Source: Berkelbacteria bacterium GW2011_GWE1_39_12 | GTDB lineage: Bacteria; Patescibacteriota; UBA1384; UBA12157 | NCBI GenBank assembly: GCA_001029735.1 | Contig: CP011213.1 | Coordinates: forward strand, 204,087-268,086 | Reading direction: 5' to 3' | DNA: 64,000 nt | Shown: in pieces, positions 28,526 to 39,083 of the stretch | How the letters are laid out: the number at the start of each line of letters is the position of its first letter | Numbering within the stretch: position 1 is the first letter of the stretch | Program-made: the position numbers and the translations under genes | Notes under the pieces: generated by a model | The model's input: only the letters and a program-made list of their open reading frames with translations | Told to the model about the DNA's origin: nothing | Database searches by the model: none

Positions 28526-28638
28526 AATTTGAGATCCTTAACTTAATCTGTGCATTACTATCATTATGCTTTTGTTCTAGTAGCGTCAAGGCTGTGGAAA
28601 GTGTGGATAGTGGGGATAAACTACGTTACAATTAAAAC

Positions 28639-29259
28639 ATGAAACAAAACAAAAAAATAATCTCAAAATGGTTTAGTTTAATCTTAATCGTCGTTGCAGC
28701 CGCCGTTCTTATCGGAATCGGTTGGCTGGCTTGGTGTCAGATAAATCCTAAAGTTGTTGAGGATATTCCCAAGGCTTCGTTTTCGACCACAACCGAACCA
28801 TCGAGCGAACCTGTAGAAAAAAACAGCAGCACACCGAGCGACACAACAACCAGTTTAAAAAATTTTAGTAAGACCGGCTTTAGCTTTAACTTTAGCTACC
28901 CAAGCAGTTGGACGGTGACCTCTTCAACCGATGAAAAAGCTACGCCGAATGCAAAATTTTCTCAAGAAACTGTCAAAATCGTTTCTCCCTCCGGCATTGA
29001 ATTTAGATTTGATAACCCAACTGTTGCCACCGGCTTTGAGGAATATTCTGCCAATCACGCCAAAGATATTTCCGCCGGCAAACTAACTTTTAAACGAAAT
29101 TGGGGCGAAAATTTAGAAGGCACTACTCTCTATATCGCCACATACAATGATCCGCAAAACATCGACGCCCTCTCTGTTAGTTTCTATGGCACAGGCAAAA
29201 TCAGCGAGGAAGAAATTAGCACCTTGGACCAGATCATTGCTTCATTTAAATTTAATTAG
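28639..29259 (+). CDS. membrane-anchored secreted protein distantly related to the WLWI-anchor family
   Basis: N-terminal anchor KKIISKWFSLILIVVAAAVLIGIGWLAW and a FSKTGFSFNFSYPSSW module. Confidence 0.35.
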   Translation: MKQNKKIISKWFSLILIVVAAAVLIGIGWLAWCQINPKVVEDIPKASFSTTTEPSSEPVEKNSSTPSDTTTSLKNFSKTGFSFNFSYPSSWTVTSSTDEKATPNAKFSQETVKIVSPSGIEFRFDNPTVATGFEEYSANHAKDISAGKLTFKRNWGENLEGTTLYIATYNDPQNIDALSVSFYGTGKISEEEISTLDQIIASFKFN

Positions 29260-29284
29260 ATCTTTCAAGTTTTTTATAGAGCTT

Positions 29285-30871
29285 TTACAATTCAAAAACT
29301 TCTTTAGCATTATTTAATATCGCCTCTTCCACTTCGACGGGTTTTTTTATTTCTAAGTTTTTATCCACAATACAGTCGACTTTATAAGGAATACCGGCAA
29401 TTTTTAACACCGCTGCTTCGATTATAACTAAGTTCTTTTTATTACAAATTTGATCGGCGTGAAATTTAAATCGAGCTGCCAAATCTATTTGATTGGAAGA
29501 AACTTTTTGGACTACCGTACCACCAAGCAAAGCGGCTAAAGTATTATTCTGAGATTTCACCTCTGTTATTACGTCCGGCCACTTGTCAAAATCGACGCTT
29601 GGCGTTGGCGCTTTTGCTCCTGTGATCGATTCATTACTTTCTTTGTTTATCACGGGATCAGAGTTAACAACAGGCGCCTTCATTTCAATAACTGGGGAAG
29701 TAATTTTTATTTCTGCTGGAATGGAAATTTCGGGTTCCGCTTTTATTTCCTGAACTACCTCTTTTTTAACGGCTATTTCTTGATTCGAAGTTAGTTCGAA
29801 TACTACCATTTCCAAAGGCAGCTGGCCTAAAATGGAAGTTTTCACTTTACCTATTATTTCGGACAGTTTTTCGATAATTAAAACGATTTTCTCAAGCGAA
29901 AGTAGATCGGCCATCTCGGCGATCTTTTTTAAATCTTCTTTCGAGGCTTCGGAATCTAAGTTAAGATCAGCTTTTTTTAGTAAAACTACTCTAAAAATAG
30001 TAATGACTTGGGTAATAAAGTTTTCCAAGTCTTTACCTTCAAAGTATATTTTTTCAACCAGCTCCATTAGGGCTAAACGATTGTTTTTCGCTAAGTTTTC
30101 ACAAAATTCCCAAGCCAAACCTTCGGCTGTTTGACCCAAAACCGCTTGCACTTCGGAAAGTGAAATTTGGTGTTTTTCGTCGATTTGCAAAGAGCCTACC
30201 TGATCTAACATACTTAATGCGTCTCGATAAGCACCAAATGAAAGTCTGGCGATTAATCCTAAAGCTTGATCTTCTATATTTAGCTTTTCAGCTTTGGCTA
30301 TTTTTTTAAGCAAACTAATAATGTCTTCTTGAGAGGCTTTTTTAAATTCAAAGCTTTGCGTTCTGGAAAGAATCGTTGGCGGCACTTTATGAATTTCAGT
30401 TGTCGCCAAAATAAAAATGGCATGTGCCGGCGGTTCTTCCAATGTTTTTAAAAGTGCATTAAACGCTTCTTTCGTAAGCATATGACATTCATCAATGATA
30501 TAGACTTTGAAGCGGCCAGCCGATGGAGCAAAATGAATTTTTTCCCTTAATTCTCTCATTTCATCGATGCCGCGGTTAGAGGCGGCATCAATTTCAATCA
30601 TATCTAAATTTGCCCCGGTCATAATTTCTTTACAGGACAAACATTTATCGCATGGCTCAAAAGATTCTTTATTCAAGACTCTACCCTGACAATTCAATGC
30701 TTTAGCTAATAATCTAGCTGAAGAAGTTTTGCCCGAACCTCTGGGTCCGGAAAAAAGATAAGCATGTGAAAAAGAGCCACTACTTAATGCATTGATTAAA
30801 GTGGTGCGAATATGATCTTGACCGATTAAATCAATGAATTTTTGAGGGCGGTATTTTCTATAGAACGACAT
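29285..30871 (-). CDS. dnaX: DNA polymerase III subunit gamma/tau
   Basis: YRKYRPQKF..., Walker A GPRGSGKTSSARLLAKALNC, zinc-finger cysteines. Confidence 0.85.
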   Translation of the reverse strand: MSFYRKYRPQKFIDLIGQDHIRTTLINALSSGSFSHAYLFSGPRGSGKTSSARLLAKALNCQGRVLNKESFEPCDKCLSCKEIMTGANLDMIEIDAASNRGIDEMRELREKIHFAPSAGRFKVYIIDECHMLTKEAFNALLKTLEEPPAHAIFILATTEIHKVPPTILSRTQSFEFKKASQEDIISLLKKIAKAEKLNIEDQALGLIARLSFGAYRDALSMLDQVGSLQIDEKHQISLSEVQAVLGQTAEGLAWEFCENLAKNNRLALMELVEKIYFEGKDLENFITQVITIFRVVLLKKADLNLDSEASKEDLKKIAEMADLLSLEKIVLIIEKLSEIIGKVKTSILGQLPLEMVVFELTSNQEIAVKKEVVQEIKAEPEISIPAEIKITSPVIEMKAPVVNSDPVINKESNESITGAKAPTPSVDFDKWPDVITEVKSQNNTLAALLGGTVVQKVSSNQIDLAARFKFHADQICNKKNLVIIEAAVLKIAGIPYKVDCIVDKNLEIKKPVEVEEAILNNAKEVFEL

Positions 30872-31021
30872 AATTTTTCCTAAAATTAAAGCTACTCACA
30901 ACCTGACTATAGAGACAATTTTCGCAAAAGACAAGGCGGAAATTAGTCGTTAAAAGATAATGGATCACACTATCAGTTTTTGACATTTTTGTGATATGAT
31001 TAGCTTAAGAAGCGGAGGGGC

Positions 31022-32929
31022 ATGACTTCGAGCGAACTAATCAAACAAATTAAAGTTTCGACAGGTTTGAGTGCGGAAAAAATTAAAAGTGCACTCAATA
31101 ATTTTCAAAACATTATAGCCGAAGAACTAAACGCCGGACGGGAAGTTCAAATGCCAGGTTTTGGCAATTTTGTGATAGTGAGCTATCCTTCACGGACGGT
31201 TTTAAATCCCCGAGATCCAAAACAAAAAATTGTTACCATTGGCTCAAATGTACCAAAGTTCAGACCTCACCCAGATCTAACAAACGCAATTAAAAATAAA
31301 AATTACTTGCCTTCCGATATAAACTCTCAAACTGACATTCCACAAACTACACAGGCTAATCAGGACCAAGGCATACCCATTGCTTACGAGGATTTGTCCG
31401 GGCTAACTATCCCGAAGAAAATTCTAGCGCTCGTGCCGGAACACGTGGCGAGGCATTTCCAAGCAGTTCCAATTGGCGAAAAAAATGGCCGAATTACTCT
31501 TGCCATGATTGATCCTGAAGATCGTGAAGCCCTGGAATTTATCAAAAAGAAAACCGGTCAAGAACTTGATCTCAAAATTTGTACCAAAGCTGATATCAAC
31601 CATATTTTAGACCAGTACTCCGGCATCAGCGGTGAGCTTAAAAAAATTGTCGACGAAGTCGGTTCAGATGAAATTGACGGCGAAAAAAAATCTGACAATT
31701 CAGAAAAACCAAAAGTTGAGTCTGTCTCAACTGAAGAAATAACCGAAACCGCTCCGGCAGCAAAAATCGCCCAATCAATAATCAGAAGAGCCGTAAGAGA
31801 AAAAGCCTCAGATATACATATCGAACCAACCGAAGAAGAAGTAATTGTCCGTTTTCGCGTTGATGGCATTTTAAGAAAAATTATTTCTTTACCGGTAGAA
31901 ATTTTACCGGCTTTGGTTTCACGTATAAAAATTTTGGCCAATATGAAAATTGACGAAACCAGGCTGCCGCAAGATGGCCGTTTCCAAGAAATATTAGATC
32001 AAAATGAAGTCGACTTTCGTGTCTCAACTTTTCCCACAGTTAATGGTGAAAAAGTGGTGGCTCGTATTTTGGACAAATCTTCCGGCATTATTTCACTCGA
32101 ACAGCTTGGCTTTCGCGGTAGCGCCTATAAGATTTTAGAAGACAACATCACTAAAGCTCATGGTATGATTTTATCGACTGGGCCGACTGGTTCAGGAAAA
32201 ACCACGACGCTTTACGCCATATTGCAGAAATTAATGAATGAAAAAGTAAATATTGTGACGTTGGAAGATCCGGTTGAATACAAAATGCCGACTATCAATC
32301 AAGGACAAATTCAATCAAATATAGGCTTCTCTTTCGCCTCTGGTTTGCGTTCAATTTTGCGCCAAGATCCCGACGTTATCATGGTTGGTGAAATTCGTGA
32401 TTACGAAACAGCCGACATGGCCATCCACTCGGCACTCACCGGTCATATCGTGCTTTCAACGCTCCATACTAACGACGCTGCTGGCGCAATCCCCCGCTTT
32501 GTCGATATGAAAATTGAACCATTTTTGATTAACTCATCGTTAAATGTTGTAGTCGCCCAAAGACTTTGCCGCAAAATTTGTCAATTTTGCCGAGAACCAA
32601 TTGAAATTGACGCAGCTAATATGGATGTGACAAAAAAAGAAATTGAAAATCTACCCCAAGCCGAAGAAAAACCGAGTAAATTGCAGTTTTATCACGGGAA
32701 AGGTTGTGGCAATTGTGGCCAGACAGGATACAAAGGCCGAATCGGGATTTTCGAAGTTTTTGAATTGGCGGAAAATGTTAAAGAACTCGTCGCTAAAAAA
32801 TCTTCTGGTTCAGATATTAACAATATGGCAATTAAAAACGGCATGGTAAGTTTACGCCAAGATGGCATATTAAAAGCAATCGACGGCTTGACCACTTTAG
32901 AAGAAGTATGGCGCGTCACAAAGGACTAA
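31022..32929 (+). CDS. pilB: type IV pilus assembly ATPase PilB/GspE with N-terminal HU/IHF-like DNA-binding domain fusion
   Basis: Residues 1-90 align with bacterial HU (ELI..GLS...FGNF.....R..NP.....I.I....VP.F.P). Then a GspE N-domain, Walker A GPTGSGKTTTLYA and the tetracysteine CxxC...CxxC. Confidence 0.85.
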   Translation: MTSSELIKQIKVSTGLSAEKIKSALNNFQNIIAEELNAGREVQMPGFGNFVIVSYPSRTVLNPRDPKQKIVTIGSNVPKFRPHPDLTNAIKNKNYLPSDINSQTDIPQTTQANQDQGIPIAYEDLSGLTIPKKILALVPEHVARHFQAVPIGEKNGRITLAMIDPEDREALEFIKKKTGQELDLKICTKADINHILDQYSGISGELKKIVDEVGSDEIDGEKKSDNSEKPKVESVSTEEITETAPAAKIAQSIIRRAVREKASDIHIEPTEEEVIVRFRVDGILRKIISLPVEILPALVSRIKILANMKIDETRLPQDGRFQEILDQNEVDFRVSTFPTVNGEKVVARILDKSSGIISLEQLGFRGSAYKILEDNITKAHGMILSTGPTGSGKTTTLYAILQKLMNEKVNIVTLEDPVEYKMPTINQGQIQSNIGFSFASGLRSILRQDPDVIMVGEIRDYETADMAIHSALTGHIVLSTLHTNDAAGAIPRFVDMKIEPFLINSSLNVVVAQRLCRKICQFCREPIEIDAANMDVTKKEIENLPQAEEKPSKLQFYHGKGCGNCGQTGYKGRIGIFEVFELAENVKELVAKKSSGSDINNMAIKNGMVSLRQDGILKAIDGLTTLEEVWRVTKD

Positions 32930-32930
32930 A

Positions 32931-34127
32931 ATGGATTTCAACTATGTGGTAAAAAATCAAAAAGGCGAAGAAGAAAAGGGTGAAATTGTTGCCGCCAATG
33001 AAAAACAGGCTCTAGAGCTGTTAAAGCAAAGGGATGTAATTGTAGTAGAAATTACCGCAAAAAAGAATTACGTTTCAAACTTTAATTTTAAAAAGAAAGT
33101 TTCACTGAAAGATAAAATTATTTTCACCAAGCAATTAGCTGTGATGGTCAAAGGGGGTCTCCCTTTAATTGAAGCCTTGGAAGCATTGAAAATTCAAACT
33201 GAAAATAAAGAATTCTCTCAGGTTATTACCGATATCACTAATGACGTTCGAGGTGGTATGGCACTTTCAAAAGCATTCGGAAAACATCCTAAAGTTTTTC
33301 CCCAGCTCTATGTTTCGATTACTGCTTCTGGTGAAAGAAGCGGTAAACTTGACGAAGTCTTAAACCGTCTGGCCAGTCAATTGCAGAATGATTACGATTT
33401 AATTACCAAAGTAAAAAGCGCCATGACTTATCCGATCGTAATTGTTAGCGCACTTTTCGGCGTTGTCCTTTTGATGCTGATCTTTGTCGTTCCAAAAATG
33501 AAAACTATTTTCGACGAGATGGGTGTACCTTTACCCCTGCCCACCAGAGTTTTATTGAATATCAGTGCTTTTACCGTTCATTATTGGTATGCAGTAATAT
33601 TTGCTGTCGCCATAATCATTGTGCTAGTAAGAATATGGTCTAAAACCAGTAACGGCGGAATTGTATTAGATCAAGTTAAAATTAGATTTCCCATATTTGG
33701 CGCCCTAACAAAGAAAATTTACTTGGCTAGGTTCGCTCGCACAACTGCTACATTAGTTGCCTCAGGATTACCAATGCTTGAGATTATTGAAACGGATAAA
33801 GCTGTAGTCGGAAATAAAGTTTATCTACCGATTTTCGACACCATTTCCAATGACGTCGAAAGCGGTATTCCTCTCTCCAAGGCTTTGGCTAAACAAAAGA
33901 TATTTCCTATTATGATTTCTCAAATGATTTCGGTTGGTGAAAAAAGCGGAAAAATCGATGAAATTTTAAGTCAGTTGGCGGATTTCTACGATAAAGAAGT
34001 AGAGGCAACTACCGCTAGCATGGCCTCTCTAATTGAGCCAATTTTAATTATTATTATAGGTATAGGGATGGGTGTGGCTATCATCGCCGTGATTATGCCT
34101 ATCTATAGCATGGTAAATGTAATTTAG
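32931..34127 (+). CDS. pilC: type IV pilus inner-membrane platform protein PilC/GspF
   Basis: Two T2SF domains, three TM helices. The gene abuts pilB. Confidence 0.85.
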   Translation: MDFNYVVKNQKGEEEKGEIVAANEKQALELLKQRDVIVVEITAKKNYVSNFNFKKKVSLKDKIIFTKQLAVMVKGGLPLIEALEALKIQTENKEFSQVITDITNDVRGGMALSKAFGKHPKVFPQLYVSITASGERSGKLDEVLNRLASQLQNDYDLITKVKSAMTYPIVIVSALFGVVLLMLIFVVPKMKTIFDEMGVPLPLPTRVLLNISAFTVHYWYAVIFAVAIIIVLVRIWSKTSNGGIVLDQVKIRFPIFGALTKKIYLARFARTTATLVASGLPMLEIIETDKAVVGNKVYLPIFDTISNDVESGIPLSKALAKQKIFPIMISQMISVGEKSGKIDEILSQLADFYDKEVEATTASMASLIEPILIIIIGIGMGVAIIAVIMPIYSMVNVI

Positions 34128-34128
34128 C

Positions 34129-34593
34129 ATGAATTATCTAAAGCGCAAAAAAATATCCCAAGGATTCACGCTGATCGAATTAATTATCGTGATCGCCATC
34201 ATGGGCATTTTGACGGCCGCTGTCACTCCAACAGTTAGTAGCTATCTCCCTGGAATTAGGCTAAATGGAACGGCTAGAGGCTTAACATCAGATCTTAGAG
34301 AATCTCAAGAAAAATCAATTACTGAGCAAAAACAATATTTAATTCGATTTAACTCAACAAGTATTCCACCAACATACGATATTATCCGCTTAGTAGATGC
34401 CAATGAAGAATTACAAAAACAAATTATCTTACCAAACAATGAACAGTTAACGCTTGGCGAGACAATCACAAACAATCAGATAATTTTTTCTCCCGACGGC
34501 GGCCCAAGTTCTTCGGGCAATTTAACGCTTTCTATAAACTCAATTACTAAGGTAGTTAACGTTTCGCCGGCCGGCTTTATTTCTATTCGTTAA
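34129..34593 (+). CDS. type IV pilin (prepilin, class III signal)
   Basis: KKISQGFTLIELIIVIAIMGIL carries the G-FTLIE cleavage and methylation motif. Confidence 0.7.
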   Translation: MNYLKRKKISQGFTLIELIIVIAIMGILTAAVTPTVSSYLPGIRLNGTARGLTSDLRESQEKSITEQKQYLIRFNSTSIPPTYDIIRLVDANEELQKQIILPNNEQLTLGETITNNQIIFSPDGGPSSSGNLTLSINSITKVVNVSPAGFISIR

Positions 34594-34604
34594 AAGAGGA
34601 AATT

Positions 34605-35003
34605 TTGAAAAAAGGTCTTACCATAATTGAGATCATTGTCGCCATTACGGTTTTTACAATCGGTGTTTTAGGCGTAGCTGCGTTTTTTGGAAATTCTAGC
34701 CGGTTGGCAGGAGCGGCCGGAAGAATCAGTGTAGCCAGTAATTTAGCCCAAGGATTAATTGATCAAGAGGTGAATAAAAGCTATGACAGTTTAACTCCGG
34801 GTACCGGCATTAAAACTAATTTATCATTAGAAAATACTAACCCTTTTTATCAATATCAAAAACAGGTTGACATAATCTTAATAGATTCCAATCTTGCAAT
34901 CAGCGGTACCGATATCGGGCTTAAAAAAATTATTGTGACGATTTACTATAATGAAGGACAAGATGAAAAAAATGTTCAGATGGCCACAATTAAATCGAAG
35001 TAG
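34605..35003 (+). CDS. minor pilin/pseudopilin
   Basis: MKKGLTIIEIIVAITVFTIGVLG is a prepilin-type N-terminus. Confidence 0.6.
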   Translation: MKKGLTIIEIIVAITVFTIGVLGVAAFFGNSSRLAGAAGRISVASNLAQGLIDQEVNKSYDSLTPGTGIKTNLSLENTNPFYQYQKQVDIILIDSNLAISGTDIGLKKIIVTIYYNEGQDEKNVQMATIKSK

Positions 35004-35598
35004 CCAAGCCCAAGCTTGTCGCGGAATTTTCTGCGGAAAATATAGCCAAGGTTTAACTTTAGTCGAAGTGATTGTCGCTATCTCTTTAGCTAGCTTGGTG
35101 CTAATCAGCTTATACCAAGTTTATGCTACAAGCTATCAGTCATATCGAAGAAACATTAGTAAAGCCGAGATCAATCAAAATGCGCGAATTGCCTTGGAAA
35201 GAATTACAAGAGATTTGCGCCAAACTAATGAAATAGTTACCACTTTGCCAGCAACTAATACTGATCCCCTAAATCCAGCACCTTCCAATTTAGAGTTTGT
35301 AGATGGACACAATACCACTAAGCTTCAATACATTAATTATGTTTATGCAGAAGGAGAATTGCACCGCGAAGTTGTCCATTATTACTTCAGCACAAACACG
35401 AGTGAATGGGTGGCTTGGAACGCCAAAGATCAGTACGACAACCCACCGCAATCATCAATTGACGAAGATGCGATCAAAGCCGATAAACTCACTTCTTTGT
35501 CATTTTTCGGCACAAACATTATCAGTATTGTTTTAACTGTAGAAGAAAATGGACAAACTCAAACTTATCAAACGCAAGTCTTGGGGAGAAATATTTAA
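34975..35598 (+). CDS. minor pilin-like protein (long leader; start uncertain)
   Basis: ...SQGLTLVEVIVAISLASLV is a prepilin motif preceded by an approximately 20-aa leader. The 5' region contains a TTGTCGCGGAATTTTC motif. Confidence 0.45.
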   Translation, partial: FRWPQLNRSSQAQACRGIFCGKYSQGLTLVEVIVAISLASLVLISLYQVYATSYQSYRRNISKAEINQNARIALERITRDLRQTNEIVTTLPATNTDPLNPAPSNLEFVDGHNTTKLQYINYVYAEGELHREVVHYYFSTNTSEWVAWNAKDQYDNPPQSSIDEDAIKADKLTSLSFFGTNIISIVLTVEENGQTQTYQTQVLGRNI

Positions 35599-36785
35599 TG
35601 TTAATAAAACGCAACACTACTTCAAAAGGTTTCGTTTTAGTTTCCGTACTAGTCATCATGTCTGTTTTGTTAGTAATCGCCTATTATCTGGCCGATGTTT
35701 TGTATTCAGAGTACTCTATCGCGCGCAACCAGCGCAGCGCCTCGATTGCGCTAAACTTGGCGGAAGCAGGTACTCAAGAAGCCATTTGGCGAATTCAAAA
35801 CGATAGCTCGGCTCGGGATACATTCCTAAATTCCTTGGACGGTCAAACCATAATCCCTGCTAAAAACTTGACTACAGGAGGATCTTACACTGTTACAATC
35901 CAAAATATCGCTAAAGCAACCGCGACAATTACTTCTACTGGTTACGATAAATTGGGGACAAAAACCGCCCAGCGAAAAATTACTTTGAATGTTACCCAAT
36001 CGAATAAACCGACCACCTATCCCTATGAAGCTGCATTATTGGTCGGTGGACCTAGCTCCGGCAATATTTATCTTCACAACATGACCCTTAACTATGACGA
36101 CGGGTACGATCCTGCGTCCATAGCCAGCGCCGGTAATATAAATATCGGGAATGCGACAATCCATGTCTCTCAAGACATCTTAGCCAATAAGAGTATTGCC
36201 GTCCAAAATTCTACCGTTGATCAAGGTGGCACGCAACAACAAAATTATTCAACTCCTTTTGAAATGCCAGGAATCGATTTTAATTCTGACAGCCCTTCAT
36301 CGTATAAAAGTTTAGCGATTGCCCAAGGACATTACTATACTTCAGATCAATTTAATAATTTACTTGAAGTGCAAACCACTTTTAATGGCATTTTTTATGT
36401 AGCCGGGGCCGGCGGCGTAACAATTAAGAATAAAAGCATTACTTTTAATGGCGCCTTAATTAGTGAAGGATCCGTCAATGTCACCAATGCTAATCTAAAT
36501 ATTTTTCACAACCCTGCACCTTCTGGCCTTTTGACCTTGAGTAATTTTAATGTCACTAACGCAAATATCCATATCGAAGGATTGCTCTATGTTGGCGTAC
36601 TTTCAGCTGCTTCCAATAATGCCAATATTACCATTATTGGAGCCGTCTTAGCTCATGATTTTTCTGGCAACAACTGTAATATTACCTTAAATTTCAAAAA
36701 AGACTGGGTTAATGAAACACTTTCCGGCGGCGGTGTCCAAGGTACACCAGTTATCAAGTTCCAGCACTGGGAAGAAGAATATTAG
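35598..36785 (+). CDS. large minor pilin, PilX/PilY-like
   Basis: SKGFVLVSVLVIMSVLLVIAYYL pilin-like N-terminal helix and a large Thr/Asn-rich beta-rich domain. Confidence 0.45.
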   Translation: MLIKRNTTSKGFVLVSVLVIMSVLLVIAYYLADVLYSEYSIARNQRSASIALNLAEAGTQEAIWRIQNDSSARDTFLNSLDGQTIIPAKNLTTGGSYTVTIQNIAKATATITSTGYDKLGTKTAQRKITLNVTQSNKPTTYPYEAALLVGGPSSGNIYLHNMTLNYDDGYDPASIASAGNINIGNATIHVSQDILANKSIAVQNSTVDQGGTQQQNYSTPFEMPGIDFNSDSPSSYKSLAIAQGHYYTSDQFNNLLEVQTTFNGIFYVAGAGGVTIKNKSITFNGALISEGSVNVTNANLNIFHNPAPSGLLTLSNFNVTNANIHIEGLLYVGVLSAASNNANITIIGAVLAHDFSGNNCNITLNFKKDWVNETLSGGGVQGTPVIKFQHWEEEY

Positions 36786-36815
36786 TTTGATACAATAGAT
36801 ACATGGAGGGATTTT

Positions 36816-37736
36816 TTGTTTGAATCAGTTTTAGGCATCAAAAAACCAACTTTCGGACTTGATATAGGCTATCGAACTATGAAATTAGTCCAAATTAGTG
36901 GCACAGGTAAGAGAGCCGTGCTTCGAGGTGCTATTGAAGTTCCAATCGCTGAAGGGACGTTAACCAAAGAAGGCGTAAAGGAAAAAAATAAACTGGCTGA
37001 ACAAATAATTGCTGCCATGTCTCAAGCCAAACCTCACGCCATTTCAGCTAAAATCGTTTCGTCTGCTCTTCCAGAATCTCTTGTTTTCACCAAAGAAATT
37101 GATATGCCCAAAATGTCTTTAAAAGAATTAAATAAAAGTATTCCCTATCAAGCAACAGAATTTTTTCCTATCCCACCTGACGAGACTTACATGGATTGGC
37201 AAATTGTCGGACAAAAAGATAGTAATATTGAAGTTTTAGTGGTCGCGGCACCTAAAATTTTAGTTAATGCATTAGCAGAAGTTGTCTCTTTAGCCGGGTT
37301 AGAACTTATGGGACTTGAAACCAAGCCGGCAGCCTTGAGTCGCGCCCTGATTAATCCTCAAGATAAAGGCAGCTTCCTAATTTTAGATATAGGCGCCAAA
37401 ACATCAGGCCTTACTTGCTACGATCAGCAAACAATTAAACTTACCTCAACAGTTGCCATCGGCGGCGATAATTTACAAACCGATTTCGCCGGCAGCATTA
37501 GACTACTTTCTTCGGAAATTCTTCATCTGATCAAATACTATCAAAATCGAATTGGCAAAGCCCAAATAATAAACAAGATTGTTTTAGCAGGAGGCGGTAC
37601 AAATGTTGAAAAAACAATTGATTTAATTGAAAACCTGACAAAGATAAAAACGATTATTGGTCAACCGCAAGTCGATCTAAAGGGATACGACCCAAGATTT
37701 GCCACCGCAATCGGCTTAGCTGTTAAGGAAATATAA
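36816..37736 (+). CDS. pilM: type IV pilus assembly protein PilM (actin-like ATPase fold)
   Basis: GLDIGYRTMKLVQI... and ILDIGAKTSGLT actin-fold motifs. Position in the locus. Confidence 0.75.
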   Translation: MFESVLGIKKPTFGLDIGYRTMKLVQISGTGKRAVLRGAIEVPIAEGTLTKEGVKEKNKLAEQIIAAMSQAKPHAISAKIVSSALPESLVFTKEIDMPKMSLKELNKSIPYQATEFFPIPPDETYMDWQIVGQKDSNIEVLVVAAPKILVNALAEVVSLAGLELMGLETKPAALSRALINPQDKGSFLILDIGAKTSGLTCYDQQTIKLTSTVAIGGDNLQTDFAGSIRLLSSEILHLIKYYQNRIGKAQIINKIVLAGGGTNVEKTIDLIENLTKIKTIIGQPQVDLKGYDPRFATAIGLAVKEI

Positions 37737-37800
37737 AAGCGGAATTTATTGGAGAATAAATGATAAATATGGCCAAGCTATCGCTTGTCGCGGAGTTTAA

Positions 37801-38376
37801 ATGATAAACATTAACCTATTACCACCAGATATTAAAATCAGAGCTAAAAAAACAAAACAATCGGCTAGTGTTTTTGGGATTTGTTTAGTGGTTTTAATTT
37901 TCCTTGGCGTAACCGCTTTTCTTTTAAATAATTACAAAACAAGTATTCTACAAGCTGAACTAGACACAAACCAAGCTGACTTAACCAGAGCAAATCAAAG
38001 TTTGGGCAACTTCAATGAACTCCAGAAAAAGGCAATTTTTCTTAATGACAGAGCCCAATTAGCCACGACAATCGAAAATAGTCGCTCGCCATGGTCTGCC
38101 ATTTTACAAGAATTGATCAATTCAGTTCCGACTAACGTTCAGTTCGTATCGTTAAACGGAGATTTAACCAAAGCGCCAAACTTTACTTTACAAGGTACGA
38201 CCGACTCAGAGCGGGATGCTATAAAATTCAAGGATAAATTGGAAAGCTCCACTTATTTCAAGGATGTTGCATTTAAGAGTTCGTCGGCATCAGCTGCAGG
38301 TTCCAACACTGGTCTTAGTTTTAGTCTGGAATTTAACCTTGAGCATGTGGTAAAAACTAGCAAAGCGGCCAAATGA
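37801..38376 (+). CDS. pilN: PilN-like bitopic pilus alignment protein
   Basis: Short cytoplasmic N-terminus, one TM helix, a coiled coil and a periplasmic domain. Follows pilM. Confidence 0.55.
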   Translation: MININLLPPDIKIRAKKTKQSASVFGICLVVLIFLGVTAFLLNNYKTSILQAELDTNQADLTRANQSLGNFNELQKKAIFLNDRAQLATTIENSRSPWSAILQELINSVPTNVQFVSLNGDLTKAPNFTLQGTTDSERDAIKFKDKLESSTYFKDVAFKSSSASAAGSNTGLSFSLEFNLEHVVKTSKAAK

Positions 38377-39071
38377 ACCGATTAAGTTGGATTTTTATCG
38401 GCTCGACGTCGTTAATTGTAGTTTTATTTTCTTATTTTATTTTAAAGCCGATGGTGAATAATAGTTGGCAAATTCACAATGAGATTAAAAAAACCAAAAC
38501 CGATCTTCAAGACGCCTCAAAAAAGAAAGAGGTCTTAACTGCCCTTTCTAAAAATAATCAGTTAGATACACTTTATGGCATCGCTTCCAAATATATTCCT
38601 TTGAGCCAGAATTCTAGCGAACTGGTTATCGAAATGTCGGCTGTCGCAAATCAGGCAAATCTCAAAGTTGAACAATTCTCGCTTGATAATAGTGCACCTA
38701 AAGCCGCCACCACAACCACGCCCACCACTTCAACATCGGCTGTAAGCGGCGTGACCGAATTGAAATTTTCGATAAAAGTCTCTGGTAATTTCTCTGACTT
38801 TCTCACTTTTTTAAAAAATACCGAAACATCTTCAAGGCTAATCACATTCAACAGCATGCAACTTGCCACGACAGATAATGTCTTAAGTGTGCAACTAATC
38901 GGCTCGGCTTATTGGCAGAAAGACAGTAATTTAGATCAGACTTTAACTAATGTTACGGTCACTCAAAGTACGATTGATAAGTTCCAAAATCTAAAATCAT
39001 ACGGTACTCCAATCAATTTACCAGCTGAATCAGGCTTTGGTCGCACCAATCCGTTTGATGTTATAAAATAG
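38373..39071 (+). CDS. pilO: PilO-like bitopic pilus alignment protein
   Basis: Same topology as pilN. Overlaps pilN by 4 nt. Followed by a bidirectional terminator at about 39084-39114. Confidence 0.55.
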   Translation: MNRLSWIFIGSTSLIVVLFSYFILKPMVNNSWQIHNEIKKTKTDLQDASKKKEVLTALSKNNQLDTLYGIASKYIPLSQNSSELVIEMSAVANQANLKVEQFSLDNSAPKAATTTTPTTSTSAVSGVTELKFSIKVSGNFSDFLTFLKNTETSSRLITFNSMQLATTDNVLSVQLIGSAYWQKDSNLDQTLTNVTVTQSTIDKFQNLKSYGTPINLPAESGFGRTNPFDVIK

Positions 39072-39083
39072 TTTATATGTATT

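Noticed and set aside
28590-28612. Possible DnaA-box cluster or oriC between dnaB and the next gene (TGTGGATAG, TGTGGAAAG)
   Set aside because: There is only one near-consensus box and one weak box, with no AT-rich DUE or dnaA/dnaN context. A single perfect TTATCCACA inside dnaX (about 29358) is expected by chance in 64 kb.
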